A DNA stretch of 61,642 bases, the filler included, from Diploschistes diacapsis (lineage: Eukaryota): assembly GCA_023645945.1 (NCBI GenBank). It is 14 parts of 14 records of this genome, joined end to end, with 100 filler letters (N's around TTAATTAATTAA, not from the genome) between each part and the next. Parts side by side here need not be neighbours in the genome. Positions count along the whole stretch, not along the records: positions 8,399 to 33,769 come from JALAIB010000211.1; positions 33,870 to 36,566 come from JALAIB010002110.1; 12 more parts are not named here. One strand, given 5' to 3'. This document shows positions 22,866 to 34,675 of the stretch, piece after piece. How positions within the stretch are numbered: the stretch's first letter is position 1; the number at the start of each line of letters is the position of its first letter. Below the pieces are notes generated by a model. The model saw only the letters and a list, made by a program, of their open reading frames with translations. It had not been told where the DNA came from and did no database searches. The translations under genes were made by a program, and so were the position numbers.

Positions 22866-25800
22866 ATGGTCGGACTCACTTCTGCCGCAGGAGTGGTAGG
22901 CTTTCTTGCCGAGCCTGACACCGACCTCCAAGTTTTCGCCCTTGAGAAACTCAATGAGCAGATTGATTCCCTTTGGACAGAGGTCGCTGATTCTATTGGT
23001 GAAATCGAAGCTCTGTATGAAGATGACAAATTCCCAGAGCGAGAGCTCGCAGCGCTTGTTGCGGCCAAGGTCTACTACAACCTTCAGGCGTACAATGAAA
23101 GTATGAACTTTGCCCTTTGCGCTGGCAAACTTTTCGATATCGACAAGGAAGGCGAATTCGAAGATACAATAGTGTCGAAATGCGTTGATACCTACATCGC
23201 GCTTTCTGCGGCTCAAAAGCCCGAAACTGCTGCCGCAAACATCTCCGACCAAGTGCCTTCGCAGCTCATCACTTCTTTCCCAGCCTTGCAAAACGGCGCC
23301 AGTAGCACTTCTGCAGTTCTAGCCTCGCCTACGACACCATTCTCTCAGACCGCACTACCTTCGAAATCCCTGCTTTCGCGATCAGACAGCGTCTCATACG
23401 ACGCTCCTATAGCTGGCGTCGATGGCGTTACCAATGCACAAAATTTCCTGGGTGTCTCGCCTTACATACAAAAACAGCTACATGTTGTAATTGAGCGCCT
23501 GTTTGAACGGTGTTACCAAGAGGGTCGTTATCGACAAGTAATTGGCATTGCCATCGAGGCACGGAACCTCGAAAAGCTACGACAGACGATCAAGAGATCT
23601 AGGGAGGATTTCAAAAAGGGCAAGAGAGCATTAAGAGACGAGACATTAGAACACGGCGAAGAGATTATGGATTACGTCTTGGACATCTCTATGGATATTG
23701 TTCAAGAGAGGAGCTTCAGGAACGAGATATTGGATTTGATATTGGATCTCTTAAGCGACACGTCCTCGCCCGAGTACTTTCAGATTGCGAAATGTATCCT
23801 GTATCTTAACGAAGATGATAAAGCTTCAGACATTCTTGTCCGCCTCATACGCAAGGGGGACCCGAAGTCGCTTGCCGTTGCCTACCAGGTAGCTTTCGAC
23901 ATGTACGACAACAGTACTCAAGAGTTCCTGAAAAAAGTAAGGGAAAGCCTACCCGGAAACCCACAGAGCGACCCTGCGGTAAGCAAGACCGAAAAAATGG
24001 AGGAAGACGGCACAGAGGACACAGATGAACTACATCCGCAGTTTTCCCAGTCCAATGGCACGTCAGAGTCATGGTCAGATGAGGCTCAAAAAGCCTTCAG
24101 AAGAGTGGGTGAAATTTTGCAGGGTACGAAATCAATCGAGCTTGGGCTCGAATTTCTCTACCGCAACAATCGCACCGATAAGCAAGTTCTCAACAAAATC
24201 AAGGATAGCTTAGAAGCACGAAACTCGATCTTTCACACTGCAGTCTCCCTCGCAAATGCTTTTATGCACGCTGGTACGACAAATGACCGTTTCTTCCGTG
24301 AAAATCTGGAATGGCTTGCGAAGGCTGTGAATTGGTCAAAGTTTACTGCTACTGCTGCTCTGGGCGTAATACACAGGGGCAATTTGAGCCAGGGTCAAAA
24401 GCTTCTGGAACCATATTTGCCCAAAGAACAAATTGCGGGCGCCAATGCAGGATCCGTGTATAGCCAAGGAGGGTCTCTCTACGCCCTAGGACTCATTTAT
24501 GCAAACCACGAAACCGTTGCCCTTGATCTTATTCGGAAACACTTCAAGGAGGCGGAAGAAGAGGTGGTCCAGCATGGAGGCGCCCTTGGACTTGGTGTAG
24601 CTGGTATGGCTACCGGCGACGAAGGTATCTACGAAGATCTACGTTCTGTGCTATGGTCAAACTCTGCCATCAATGGCGAAGCGGTCGGTATCGCTATGGG
24701 CTTGATCATGCTAGGAACAGCAAACATCAAGGCCCTAGAGGAAATGATCCAATACGCTCATGAAACGCAGCACGAGAAGATTGTTCGTGGACTCGCCATG
24801 GGCATGGCACTTATAATGTACGCAAGGCAAGAGGCTGCAGATGAGCTAATCAACGGGCTCCTCGATGATCCTGATCCAATACTTCGGTACGGCGGTATCC
24901 AGACAATTGCGCTTGCGTACTGTGGCACCGGCAGCAACAAGGCTGTGAGAAGGTTATTACATGTGGCTGTGAGCGATGTCAGCGACGATGTGCGGAGAAT
25001 AGCTGTGATGAGTCTTGGGTTCATTCTCTTTAGGAAGCCGAACAGCGTTCCACGAATGGTCGAGCTACTGTCGGAATCATACAACCCGCATGTCCGCTAC
25101 GGTGCCGCTATGGCTCTAGGTATCTCGTGCGCTGGAACAGGTCTTGATCTAGCCATAGACCTTCTAGAGCCCATGATCAAGGATCCCACGGACTTTGTTC
25201 GACAAGGTGCTCTTATGGCTTTGTCCATGATCATGGTGCAACAGAACGAGGCAATGAACCCGAAGGTCGGGACCATACGGAAAACACTCCAGAAAGCCAT
25301 TGGAGATCGTCATGAAGATGCAATGACCAAGTTTGGTAGTGCAGTGTCTCTGGGAATAATTGATGCTGGCGGTCGAAACTGCACAATCAGTCTGCAAACC
25401 CAAACCGGCAACCTCAACATGGCTGGCATTGTCGGCATGGCCGTCTTTACACAATACTGGTACTGGTTTCCCTTGACACATTTTTTGTCGCTCAGTTTCA
25501 CACCGACTGCTGTGATCGCCGTCGATCAAGATTTGGAGGTTCCGAACTTCAAGTTTCACAGTGCAACGCGGCCAAGCCTCTTCGACTATCCACCCGAGCA
25601 GGAAGCCAAGGTCGAAGACGCCCCAGAGAAGGTTAAGACTGCCGTTCTCTCAACAACGGCTCAGGCAAAACGTCGTGCTCAGAAGAAGGAGAAGGCAGCA
25701 CGAGAGGGTGGAATGGAGGTAGACCAAGCGCCCACAACACCGAGACTATCCGGTGCCGATGATAAGATGGACACTGACGAAGGCGCCTCAAAAACAGATG

Positions 25801-26324
25801 AAGAAAGGAAGGATGGAACGGCCAAAGAGGGCGAGGAGAAAAAGGCGGAGGGCATTAGGAAGAAACTGGAGAAAGAGAAGGTGGGCTACGAACTAGAGAA
25901 CATGTCGCGGGTACTACCCGCCCAGCTTAAGTTCATCAGCTTCCCGGATAGTCGCTATGAGCCCGTTAAGGAGGTGAGTAACTCCAAACTTATCTGCCCT
26001 CTTCTTTTCATGCTAATTATGTCGTAGCTTACAGGAGGAGTTGTCCTTGTTACTGACAAAACACCTTCGGAACCCAAAGCCCTAATGGAGCTCAAAGCAC
26101 GGAAGACTGTAAAGCCTGCGGTGGCGCCCGAAAGCCTTCAGGATCGCGTTGCGCAAGCATTCAACCAAGCTGCAGACGTTGCTACGCCGCAACGGAGATC
26201 GGGAGCGTCCGGCGCTGCAGAGGCTGCGGGGATACTGACTGCCATTGATGAGGACCCTGAAGGGGGCGAAGAGGCTCCATGCCCACGGGAATTCGACTAC
26301 GATACGGACGCCGGGGAGGAGTAA
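22866..26324 (+). CDS. RPN2: 26S proteasome regulatory subunit Rpn2 (exons 22866-25973, 26028-26324)
   Basis: MVGLTSAAG start, PC repeats, NWSKFTATAALGVIH, ESYNPHVRYG, QYWYWFPL; GTGAGT..GCTAAT..TAG intron. Confidence 0.97.
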
Positions 26325-27772
26325 TAATGCACCTGTACAACAGCATAGGCGCATGGGATAAATGCGAATGGGCTAGGGAACTGAGGAATGAAGCATGGGT
26401 TTCGTTCGGATAGCCTTACATAGACATTGTACAATTATGGTTGTATTTCAGATATTGAGTGCTTGTTAACTGCCTGTGCCTACAGATTCGAGACGCTATC
26501 GGTAGCATCCGGCGACGGACAAAGCTCCAGGGTGCAACAGAATAATAGCCTTCGTCGCAAGCTTCATCCTAGTAGGGTTCGGATCGGTATGCTGTAGTGC
26601 AGAGAACTATGAGATTCCCAGTTAACTCGACTTTAGCGAAGTGAAACTGCATGCTGGGTCGGGAATGACTGTGTGGTAATACACTGACAGTACAGGATTA
26701 CGAGTTGTCTGCTTGCTAAATTAGGCGAATCAATTAGCATCCATAAACGCTCTCAATTCGAATGGTGATTCGTTCATTTGGATCTGTAGTGGAACTTATT
26801 CATCAGACAACATGGAGGAGGTAGGGCTGAACGGACTTGCCTTTTCCCTTTTCGAGCATCATCTCATGCAAATTGTCTACCATTGGGCTTTGAACCGTTC
26901 AAGTCCATGAGCCTTTGAATCTTATTGAAAAGGCAAAGAAGTGTTGCACTACCTTAGCTACCTATTTGAAACCTGACGCGAACACCCTCAGTTCTTTGAA
27001 CAAGCTCTAGGAATCCCCTACAGCGGCTATCATTCTCCTATTGTGGTCTTGCATATATGTATCAGTTCAGTTCAATACTGCCAGAATCCAGTGTTGTTGG
27101 TCTTTTGGCTATGTGGCCTAGCGGTACTAACCTGGCGCTTTGTAATATCACACTATCATCTTTCTAGGCATACTCTTCTCTCAGTCAAAATTTCTGTCTC
27201 CTTCGGAATCGGCTACACAGGAAATTTCTAACTCACAGCATAGTTGATTGCAACAGCCTTCGGCGTCGAGCTACAAAAGCACAACTCGAGAAACTTATGC
27301 GTGCGGTTACATAAGGCTGAATCCGGGATACCAAGGCGGCCCGTCAGGACTCAGGAGCTGATTGTCCTCAAAACGCGCCTTATGACAGCAAGGGCAGTGC
27401 ATGATTCCTTGGTCGCGGTAGGGTGAGGCTGTGAGGTTACATCTTCAACCGGCATCCTGACCTTGTCTGCCATATTCTCGATCGTTCTGTGATAGTTTCA
27501 CAGAAGAGGCTATCTAAGGTACCATCCTCGTTGGTGGCACAAGGATAGGATACGATCATCATGGATAAGCTTCATTTCGTTTGCACCATTGGCCGAACCT
27601 CTTCTTGCTTTGCCACATCGGAATCCCTTTCTAAACTTTATCTTTTACACCTTTTCTTTTTGGCTTTACTGTTTCTCCCGAGTTTCCTTAGCTCTGCTGG
27701 CGAACAGAGCTTGTGTGTGTGCCTGTCCAACTATCTCTCTCTAAGCGTTGGCCCGGTTTCAGTCTAGCAATT

Positions 27773-28904
27773 ATGATGTTTGTATCTCTTGCAGCAGTGG
27801 CTACCACAATTGTCTACGCCCAAGATAGCAGTATCGTTTTCTATCCTCCCCAAGACGATGCCTCCGATCAGATCCCAAGTTTCGAAGTCACCGCGGGTGA
27901 CACCATCAACATAACCTGGTCAGCTACCTTCCAGTCCGTCGACCTTCACATCGAAGCTTGGGCACCCGACAGCAATTTCAGCGTCACTCCCTACTACAAC
28001 CGTCAGTCTCTACCTTCCCTCGCCGACGACTTTGCACTAACCCGCCCTAGCCGGCCTCGACTCAAATTCCTACTTCCCCTACGTCCTTCAGCCACGCGAT
28101 TACCTAGTTAACGACACCTCAACTAACATTCCAGCTTACTTCCTCCTTACTGATCACGCCGACAACTCCCAGTTCATCAAGACCCAGAACTTCACCATCA
28201 AGCAGCCCAAGCAACAATCCGTCAACCCTCAAGGCCAAATCACCATTCCCAGTGGCGCCTCAACATGGACGGGCAGCGTCACCCTCCTCACGTCCCAGGG
28301 AGGCGAGCAATTCGTCACGGGACCCTTTCCGGCCGCCTCATCTGCGACCGCAACGTCTTTACCACCTGATTCCACCGTTCAAGCAACATCCCTCCCAGTA
28401 TCTTCTACCACATCTTCCGGCACCACCGGATTCGCGCCAGCCACCACATCCCCTTCCATCGCCAGTCCCGCCTCCGACAGCTCTTCCACAACCCCGGAGG
28501 GCCTTAGCGAAGGCGCCAAAGTGGGCATCGGCGTCGGCGTGACCGTCGGCCTCCTACTGCTCGGCGCTCTCGCCGTTCTCGCCATCCTATTGGCGCGTTC
28601 GAAGCGGAAAGTGCGCCGGTCCAATACCAACCAGAACGGGCAGCATCCTAGCAGAGGAGCAGCGGGGCTCGCCATGGAGAAGAGTGAGGGGCAGCGAGCA
28701 GGAAGGTGGTATGAGGGCGTTGGAGAGGGTTACGGTAGCATGCAGGGCTATGGAGTGGGTGGACATGGGATGATGACGGAAACGGGGATGAGCGAGGTCG
28801 ATGGCTCGGGTCGGGGGATGGCTCCGGGGTGGGTGAGCGAATTGGATAGTGGGAGTAGAGTGAGGGCGGTAGAGTTGGGAACGGACAGAGATGAGAGGGG
28901 GTAG
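27773..28904 (+). CDS. Single-pass membrane protein, Mid2-like architecture (exons 27773-28001, 28051-28904)
   Basis: Signal peptide MMFVSLAAVATTIVYA, Ser/Thr-rich stalk, TM LSEGAKVGIGVGVTVGLLLLGALAVLAILL, basic stop-transfer, EVD/ELD tail; GTCAGT..CTAAC..TAG intron joins the frames. Confidence 0.8.
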
Positions 28905-29601
28905 AGGAATTGAGGTTGTAGATTGGGGTAGAAATGAATGGGGGGAAATGGGAGGGGTTTTCCTTTGTGTAGATATTTTAACACATGATTGCATCGACTT
29001 ACTTTCATCTTGGGACTCCATTTATAGCTTTTATTGTTGCTATTCCAGCCTCAATTCATGCCACTTAGGTTAGTAACTTGAATCGACGGATATAGCAATG
29101 AACATGTGTTCACTATGAACCTACATATAGTAAGTTAGGAGACATACCTACATACTATGGGTATCCAGAACTTTCGTGTCTGGTATTGTCTCCCATGATT
29201 TCCATAACAGAAAGTTTCCTGGATAAGTGCCATCCTTACTAATTCTGATTTTCAATCCATGTGCAGCTAGCTCCTGATCAGAACCCATGCTTTCACCATA
29301 TACTAAGCGATCGTTGCACCCACTACCTTACGCACCTATTTCCCACTGGCTCCCCAAAGCACTCTCTAGTACTTCAGATCTAAGATTCCCTTAAGGTATC
29401 GAGGAAACGCTTCAGCTCCTCAATCGACATTCTTAAACCAAAAAGGCCGATTATGCATGGGTACCAACCATTGTATTGCTTTTCGAGGGAGCACCAACAG
29501 CAGCATTACATGCGTTGTATCATTCATGATGACTGGGACTAGATCAGCATTGTATAATCACATTACCACCCTGAATCATAACCAGTATCAAACCAAGGCC
29601 T

Positions 29602-31110
29602 CTAACCAATATGACTTGTGCTGGGCCAGCGTAACGGGTACTGGTTCCTCCTTGTCGTAAGGCCTTCACCGTCCAAGTGCCTAACGAGTAACTGTGCAGC
29701 AGAAGCGCGCTTCTCTGGGCCGTTCCTCATCATAGGCTCATAGATCCGAGAGTGATCTGAACGACGCGCGCACCCTCCAATGCAGCTCGTATTGCAGCAT
29801 CCACGGTGTGAAACTTGCCGTGTTGCGAGCGAAAGCCTCCTATATCCCCTATCCATGCTAACGTCATCCACAATGACCAGATGTCCACTTTGGTTGATTG
29901 GCGTTGTCCAGTCCTCATCTCCGGAGCTATGTATTCAAGGGTTTCTTTGAATGAATGCGCCTTGATTCCCTCGTTGCTTAATCCAAAATCTGCAAGCTGG
30001 AAATGGTATTCGCCATCGAATGTTCTCACGTAGAGAATGTTGCCGGGCTTGACATCCCGATGAACCAGGCCTCCCTAGGTTCAACTTGCTAAGAAGTCAA
30101 GCGCCTGTAGCATATGCTTAAAACAACTTCCATGATTTTCGCCGGACTGGGAATCCCACAATCATTGCCACCTATAGACAAGTGTACGAGTGACGCCAGA
30201 CTTCCCTCTTTAAGGGGCATATATATTCTGATGACCTCGTCATTGTCATCCCAGTCCAGGAATTCCACAATATTGGGCTACGACTGCTTTAGTTGGGATA
30301 GATATAGATGGAGTGCTCCTCACGTGTTTGTTGTTTGCAAGCTTCTCTATATCGCCCTAATCAAACTCATTGCTTAGTCGTATTGTTTTCAGCCTAGTAG
30401 ATACCTCGATCAACATCTATGCATTTTTTTTACAGTTCCAAACCCGCCTGAATCGATTGGAGCCTTATCCAGACATCTCATCCTCAAGACTCGTGGACCA
30501 GGTGTATGAACTCTTGTCTGTCTTTCAGTAGGCAGCTCTGTTTTAGAATCATCATGAGGTGAGGTCAAGGTACGGGCAAGTCTGGAGTCTTCTCCAAGTC
30601 CACCAGGGTGTTTTTCTTGATCTTTGATGATTGTCGTTCTCTTTTGAGAGCTATGGCGCCAGACTATACGGAATTCGGCCTGATCAGGAGTACTTCCTCC
30701 TATGGAGAAGAACTCATTAAAGCCTTCTTCAATGAGAATTCTGCGCGGTCGCGGAAACTCGAATGGACAAGACCGAGGACCGTAGACTTGTGTAGTGGAA
30801 CTACTACTCTTCTCACAGAGCATCACAAAACCCAAGTCGGTATTCATGTCGAAAATGCACTTCTCTTTTGAAATTGTCCTGCCTGGAATATATGTATCGG
30901 CATCACGCCCTAGAACCGCCAGAACATATTGATACGGCTTCGGGTCTGAATATAGGGCCCAATGTCAATCACGGCTTTTTCCGATTTTGGATCCAAGTAC
31001 ACAACGGCTTTGTTTGCCTCGTGGTCAACAGCCCTCTGGGCTGCTGGGTTCAAAGGCTCCAATGAGAACAATGCATGCGGGTGAGGACCTAGGGGGATTT
31101 CCCACGACAT
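29602..31110 (-). pseudogene. Ser/Thr protein kinase with N-terminal extension, disrupted
   Basis: Fragments in different frames: PHPHALFSLEPLN N-terminus, IDSGGFGTV Gly-loop, LVHRDVKPGNILY (HRD 30062-30054), LADFGLS, YIAPE, KVDIWSL; in-frame stops just upstream of HRD and several frameshifts. Confidence 0.85.
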
Positions 31111-31501
31111 AGTAGCAACCTACAAAGAACCAATACTTGATAAAAACGAGATCAATCAAATATAAAAAGAAAGGGATACGCAGAGGATTAGGGAATGCAC
31201 ATTGAGATTAATGATGAAGTGAGTATGTATGACTATATCAAGCTTCCTGTAAGCGCCAGGCTGAACATGTGAAAGGTACTAAAAAGTCTAATACTTGAGT
31301 ACTTCCATGAGTGATACTACGACGACATTCAACGGACAAGAATTTCGGTCGAATTATGGCAACAATACTTGTGTATGGCTGGTTTTTCTTCCAAAGCCCA
31401 GCGGAGTTTTTACAGGCCAGTTATATGGGTGGTCAACCTCTCTAATATCGGTTGGTACCTACTAGTACTGTTTTACGGTCAGGCGTTGGACCGCATGCAA
31501 A

Positions 31502-32575
31502 ATGTCGAGAACAACCACTCTTCCTTCTTTTTGTTCCCCATGGTTTAGCCTCCCTGTTGCACAGAGTCATATATTTCCAATGCCTGTTCTCGGCGACGAG
31601 CTTCAAGGCTGGGAACTTAAAAAGTTTCGGAACACTCTCGAACATCTTTCCCAAAATCCCCTTCATTTGGATAGAGCGCGGAGGCGATTTAGCCGTTCCC
31701 CACCGTCGCTTCATTCGCGATCCTCTCGCGGTAGCAGTCGAACTGGAAGCATCGTGGCACCGTGTGAAGAGGAAGATTTGATCCATAAGCGCACATTCCA
31801 GTTGAACATTGAACATGGAAACTCACGTCCACGGCACCAGTTTTCGTATCAGAGGAGCATGGAGGAGAATCGGATTCTTCAAGCAAGTAATGCTGGACTC
31901 TGCAAACTCCCCAATAACATGAGTGTTGCGGAAATAGCGAAGAATATCGTGAATAAGCGCTGGATTGAACAAGGAATATGGGGCGAGGAGTGCAACGATG
32001 GACCTGAGGGGGTTTGGAAGCATGAAGAGCCCCCTGACCTTGATTCTGAATCTGATACCACTTTTGAAGCGGAGACTTTTCAACAGTCTGGACTGTTTAG
32101 TAGCGTTGTTAACAAAAGTCAACGACGGACAAGAACTGAAGGACAGAAGCGACTACCCAGGGAACGACGGGCTGTCTTGCGTCGGGAACGTGAGGCTTCC
32201 CGGCCATACCATCAGTTCGTATATCAAGTCTCCAAAGAGCGTGAGCGTATAAGCAATGCAGCGGCCTATGTTGAGAGTGACTTGCCACATAACATCAACA
32301 CGAAGGCCTACGACAATGTCAAGCATATCTGGCATGGCCAAGGAATATGGAATGAGAAATGGGGCTTACTCCCGGGAATGTCCTGGAAACACGAAGAGCC
32401 TTTGGACCTCGCGGATCTTGATGCACCCTTGTCAGTATTACGTGACAAGGTGGAGAACGCGCTGCACCATACGGATCCAAGCCCAGTCGCGGTGCCGGCA
32501 GACACTGCATACTATCTATCTCAGCAAGTTAAGCAGAGCTTGGAAGCGGCACAACCGGAATCCATGTCAGGATAA
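31502..32575 (+). CDS. Uncharacterised fungal protein with internally duplicated module; C-terminus probably disrupted (continues in other frames to ~33100)
   Basis: 357-aa ORF with two copies of SRPxHQFxYQxSxExxRI...WxxQGIW...WKHEEPxDL. Confidence 0.7.
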   Translation: MSRTTTLPSFCSPWFSLPVAQSHIFPMPVLGDELQGWELKKFRNTLEHLSQNPLHLDRARRRFSRSPPSLHSRSSRGSSRTGSIVAPCEEEDLIHKRTFQLNIEHGNSRPRHQFSYQRSMEENRILQASNAGLCKLPNNMSVAEIAKNIVNKRWIEQGIWGEECNDGPEGVWKHEEPPDLDSESDTTFEAETFQQSGLFSSVVNKSQRRTRTEGQKRLPRERRAVLRREREASRPYHQFVYQVSKERERISNAAAYVESDLPHNINTKAYDNVKHIWHGQGIWNEKWGLLPGMSWKHEEPLDLADLDAPLSVLRDKVENALHHTDPSPVAVPADTAYYLSQQVKQSLEAAQPESMSG

Positions 32576-33457
32576 TTGTCACCTGAAACAAGAAAAAGCG
32601 ACATATTAAACCAGCAAGTGGCTTCTGAGACTCCCTTTGGCGGGACGGGCGGCTCACTGTTTGCACACGAGCTCCTCAGGAATTGGCTGTACAATCGCCT
32701 GAGACGCCCAAGACAAAAGCTCAGCGAGGAGTTCGCCCGCCACGTGCTACCGCTCTGGGCCTCATACATGGAGCAAACGTGAAGAAGGCACCTAAGGGGA
32801 GTAAGCTAAAGAGAGAAGGCTCTTCTTCTACGAACGCGGACGCAAGACGTGTGAAGTCCCCTGTTAAGACCAACGGAGAAGAAGCGGAGCCCATTCCTAA
32901 AGACAGCACCCCTCGCAGGCGTAGTGCACATGTCAAGGATCAACAAAGTCCAATTAACGATGAACCTAGGCTTTTTGAAGTTTCTGCGGCTGCTCCGAAA
33001 GAGAGAGCTCCACGGAAAGTTAAAGGAAAGGGCAAAAAGAAGGGCATGCCCAGCAGCGCTGCGAAGGCTCAAGGAGTAGCACGGCAAAACCTAACAGTCC
33101 ATAGTATGTACGAATGCACAACATATGCCTACCTACATGCTCTGGAAGAACAAAGACCTAGTGCTTTCAAGGTATCCATTAACCACTCCTTCGTTGAGCT
33201 GGGGCATGGGCATGTGAGTCGAACGCACCCGAGACAAAGACAAATCTCTCTCACCAGCAACCGCAACACGCAGTACACTACCCACACTCCTCCCGCGACC
33301 ATAAACAATGAAATCCCAAACCCACCTCACCCCCATCACTCACCCTTCCCCATCCCGCAAACGGCATTTAAGCCTTTGTCGAACCACCCATAGCCCTGCG
33401 TAATCGCATCCCAAAGCAGCACCAACCCCCTCCCCATAATCCTTTGACATCTCGCAA

Positions 33458-33769
33458 ATGTTCGATCAACTACAGCACCTGAAAGCGGCCCTCGGCCAAG
33501 TCCACGCCCACAACAAGCGCAATACGTTCCACGGCCTCAACGCCAGCATGCACCACTTCCGCAGCAGCAATAGCGGCAACAACAATAATAACAACAACGC
33601 CGTGCAGCAGCGGTCGTCCCAGCACCAGCATCAACAACAACAACATCAACATCAACATCCGCTGCAGTCAAACCCGCCGGAGCTGGAGCAACAACAACGA
33701 GAAGAGCAGCAGCAGCGGCACCACCAGCAACCACTCCCGCACCCCCCGCGCCACCCTCCTCCCCCGGAC
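33458..33769 (+). CDS. N-terminus of a Gln/His/Asn-rich protein, cut by gap
   Basis: ATG in good context, GC-rich coding-like sequence with polyN/polyQ tracts; no recognisable domain. Confidence 0.45.
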
Positions 33770-33869
33770 NNNNNNNNNNNNNNNNNNNNNNNNNNNNNNN
33801 NNNNNNNNNNNNNTTAATTAATTAANNNNNNNNNNNNNNNNNNNNNNNNNNNNNNNNNNNNNNNNNNNN

Positions 33870-34072
33870 GATTTATAATCTTTTAAATAACGCATATATT
33901 GAAGTCTAAATATCTAGAGATTTAATTAGAAGAAAGAGTTTACATACAAGCTCTTATACCAATAGGATTTATTAAGCCTTATAGACTTGCACTACTCCCG
34001 ATTAGGATTAGCAGGAACCCCAGTAGGTTCAGCTGAACTTCCCAGCCATGCATTCTGCCTGCCTGCTCAACA
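33870..34072 (-). mobile_element. Ty1/Copia 5' LTR (family C) with RIP-mutated PBS
   Basis: Reverse complement of 34676-34877; ATTTATAATC at 33871-33880 is the transition-mutated reverse complement of GGTTATGAGC. Confidence 0.8.
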
Positions 34073-34675
34073 GGATTAGTTATTTAAGAATCGATTATAT
34101 TTTTTTCGGGTCGATTTTGATGTCTTTTCGTTTTATAACGTGTCCTAAAAAGTCGATTTCTGTTTCATGGAATATATATTTCTTTGGTTTCAAGCGAAGT
34201 TTATATTTATCGAATCGTCGAAATATTTCCTTAATCTTCTATTAATAATTCTCGAATGTATCATTAAAATAGACCAAAATATCGTCTAAATATAAAATAA
34301 CGTATTCGTTTAAGATATCGCGTAACATATCGTTCATAAATTCCTATTCGGTAGTTAATGCGTTAGTAAATTTAAAAGATATTATTAAATATTCGAATAA
34401 CCCGTAACGTGGTTTAAATATTATTTTTTATTTTTCGCCTTTTTTTATTCTTATAAAGTTAAAATTTATTCGTTAGTTTAATTTCGTATATTATAATGCG
34501 TTATGTAATCGATCTCGTAACTCTTAAATGTTCGATATAGAATAATAGTTCTTTATAATAATAACGTTAAGTTTCCTGAAGTCGATATAGGGTCGAAAAG
34601 TTTATCTTTTTTTGCCGTTAGGTTTCGGTACGAAAATGATTAGAAATAATATTAATAATTTAGATTTATGAATAT
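34073..34675 (-). mobile_element. Ty3/Gypsy reverse transcriptase fragment, RIP-degenerate
   Basis: IDFRKLN...PRYGLFEYL...YVIFYLDDILVY...EIDFLGHVI; homologous to 50628-51262 and 58971-59610. Confidence 0.9.
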
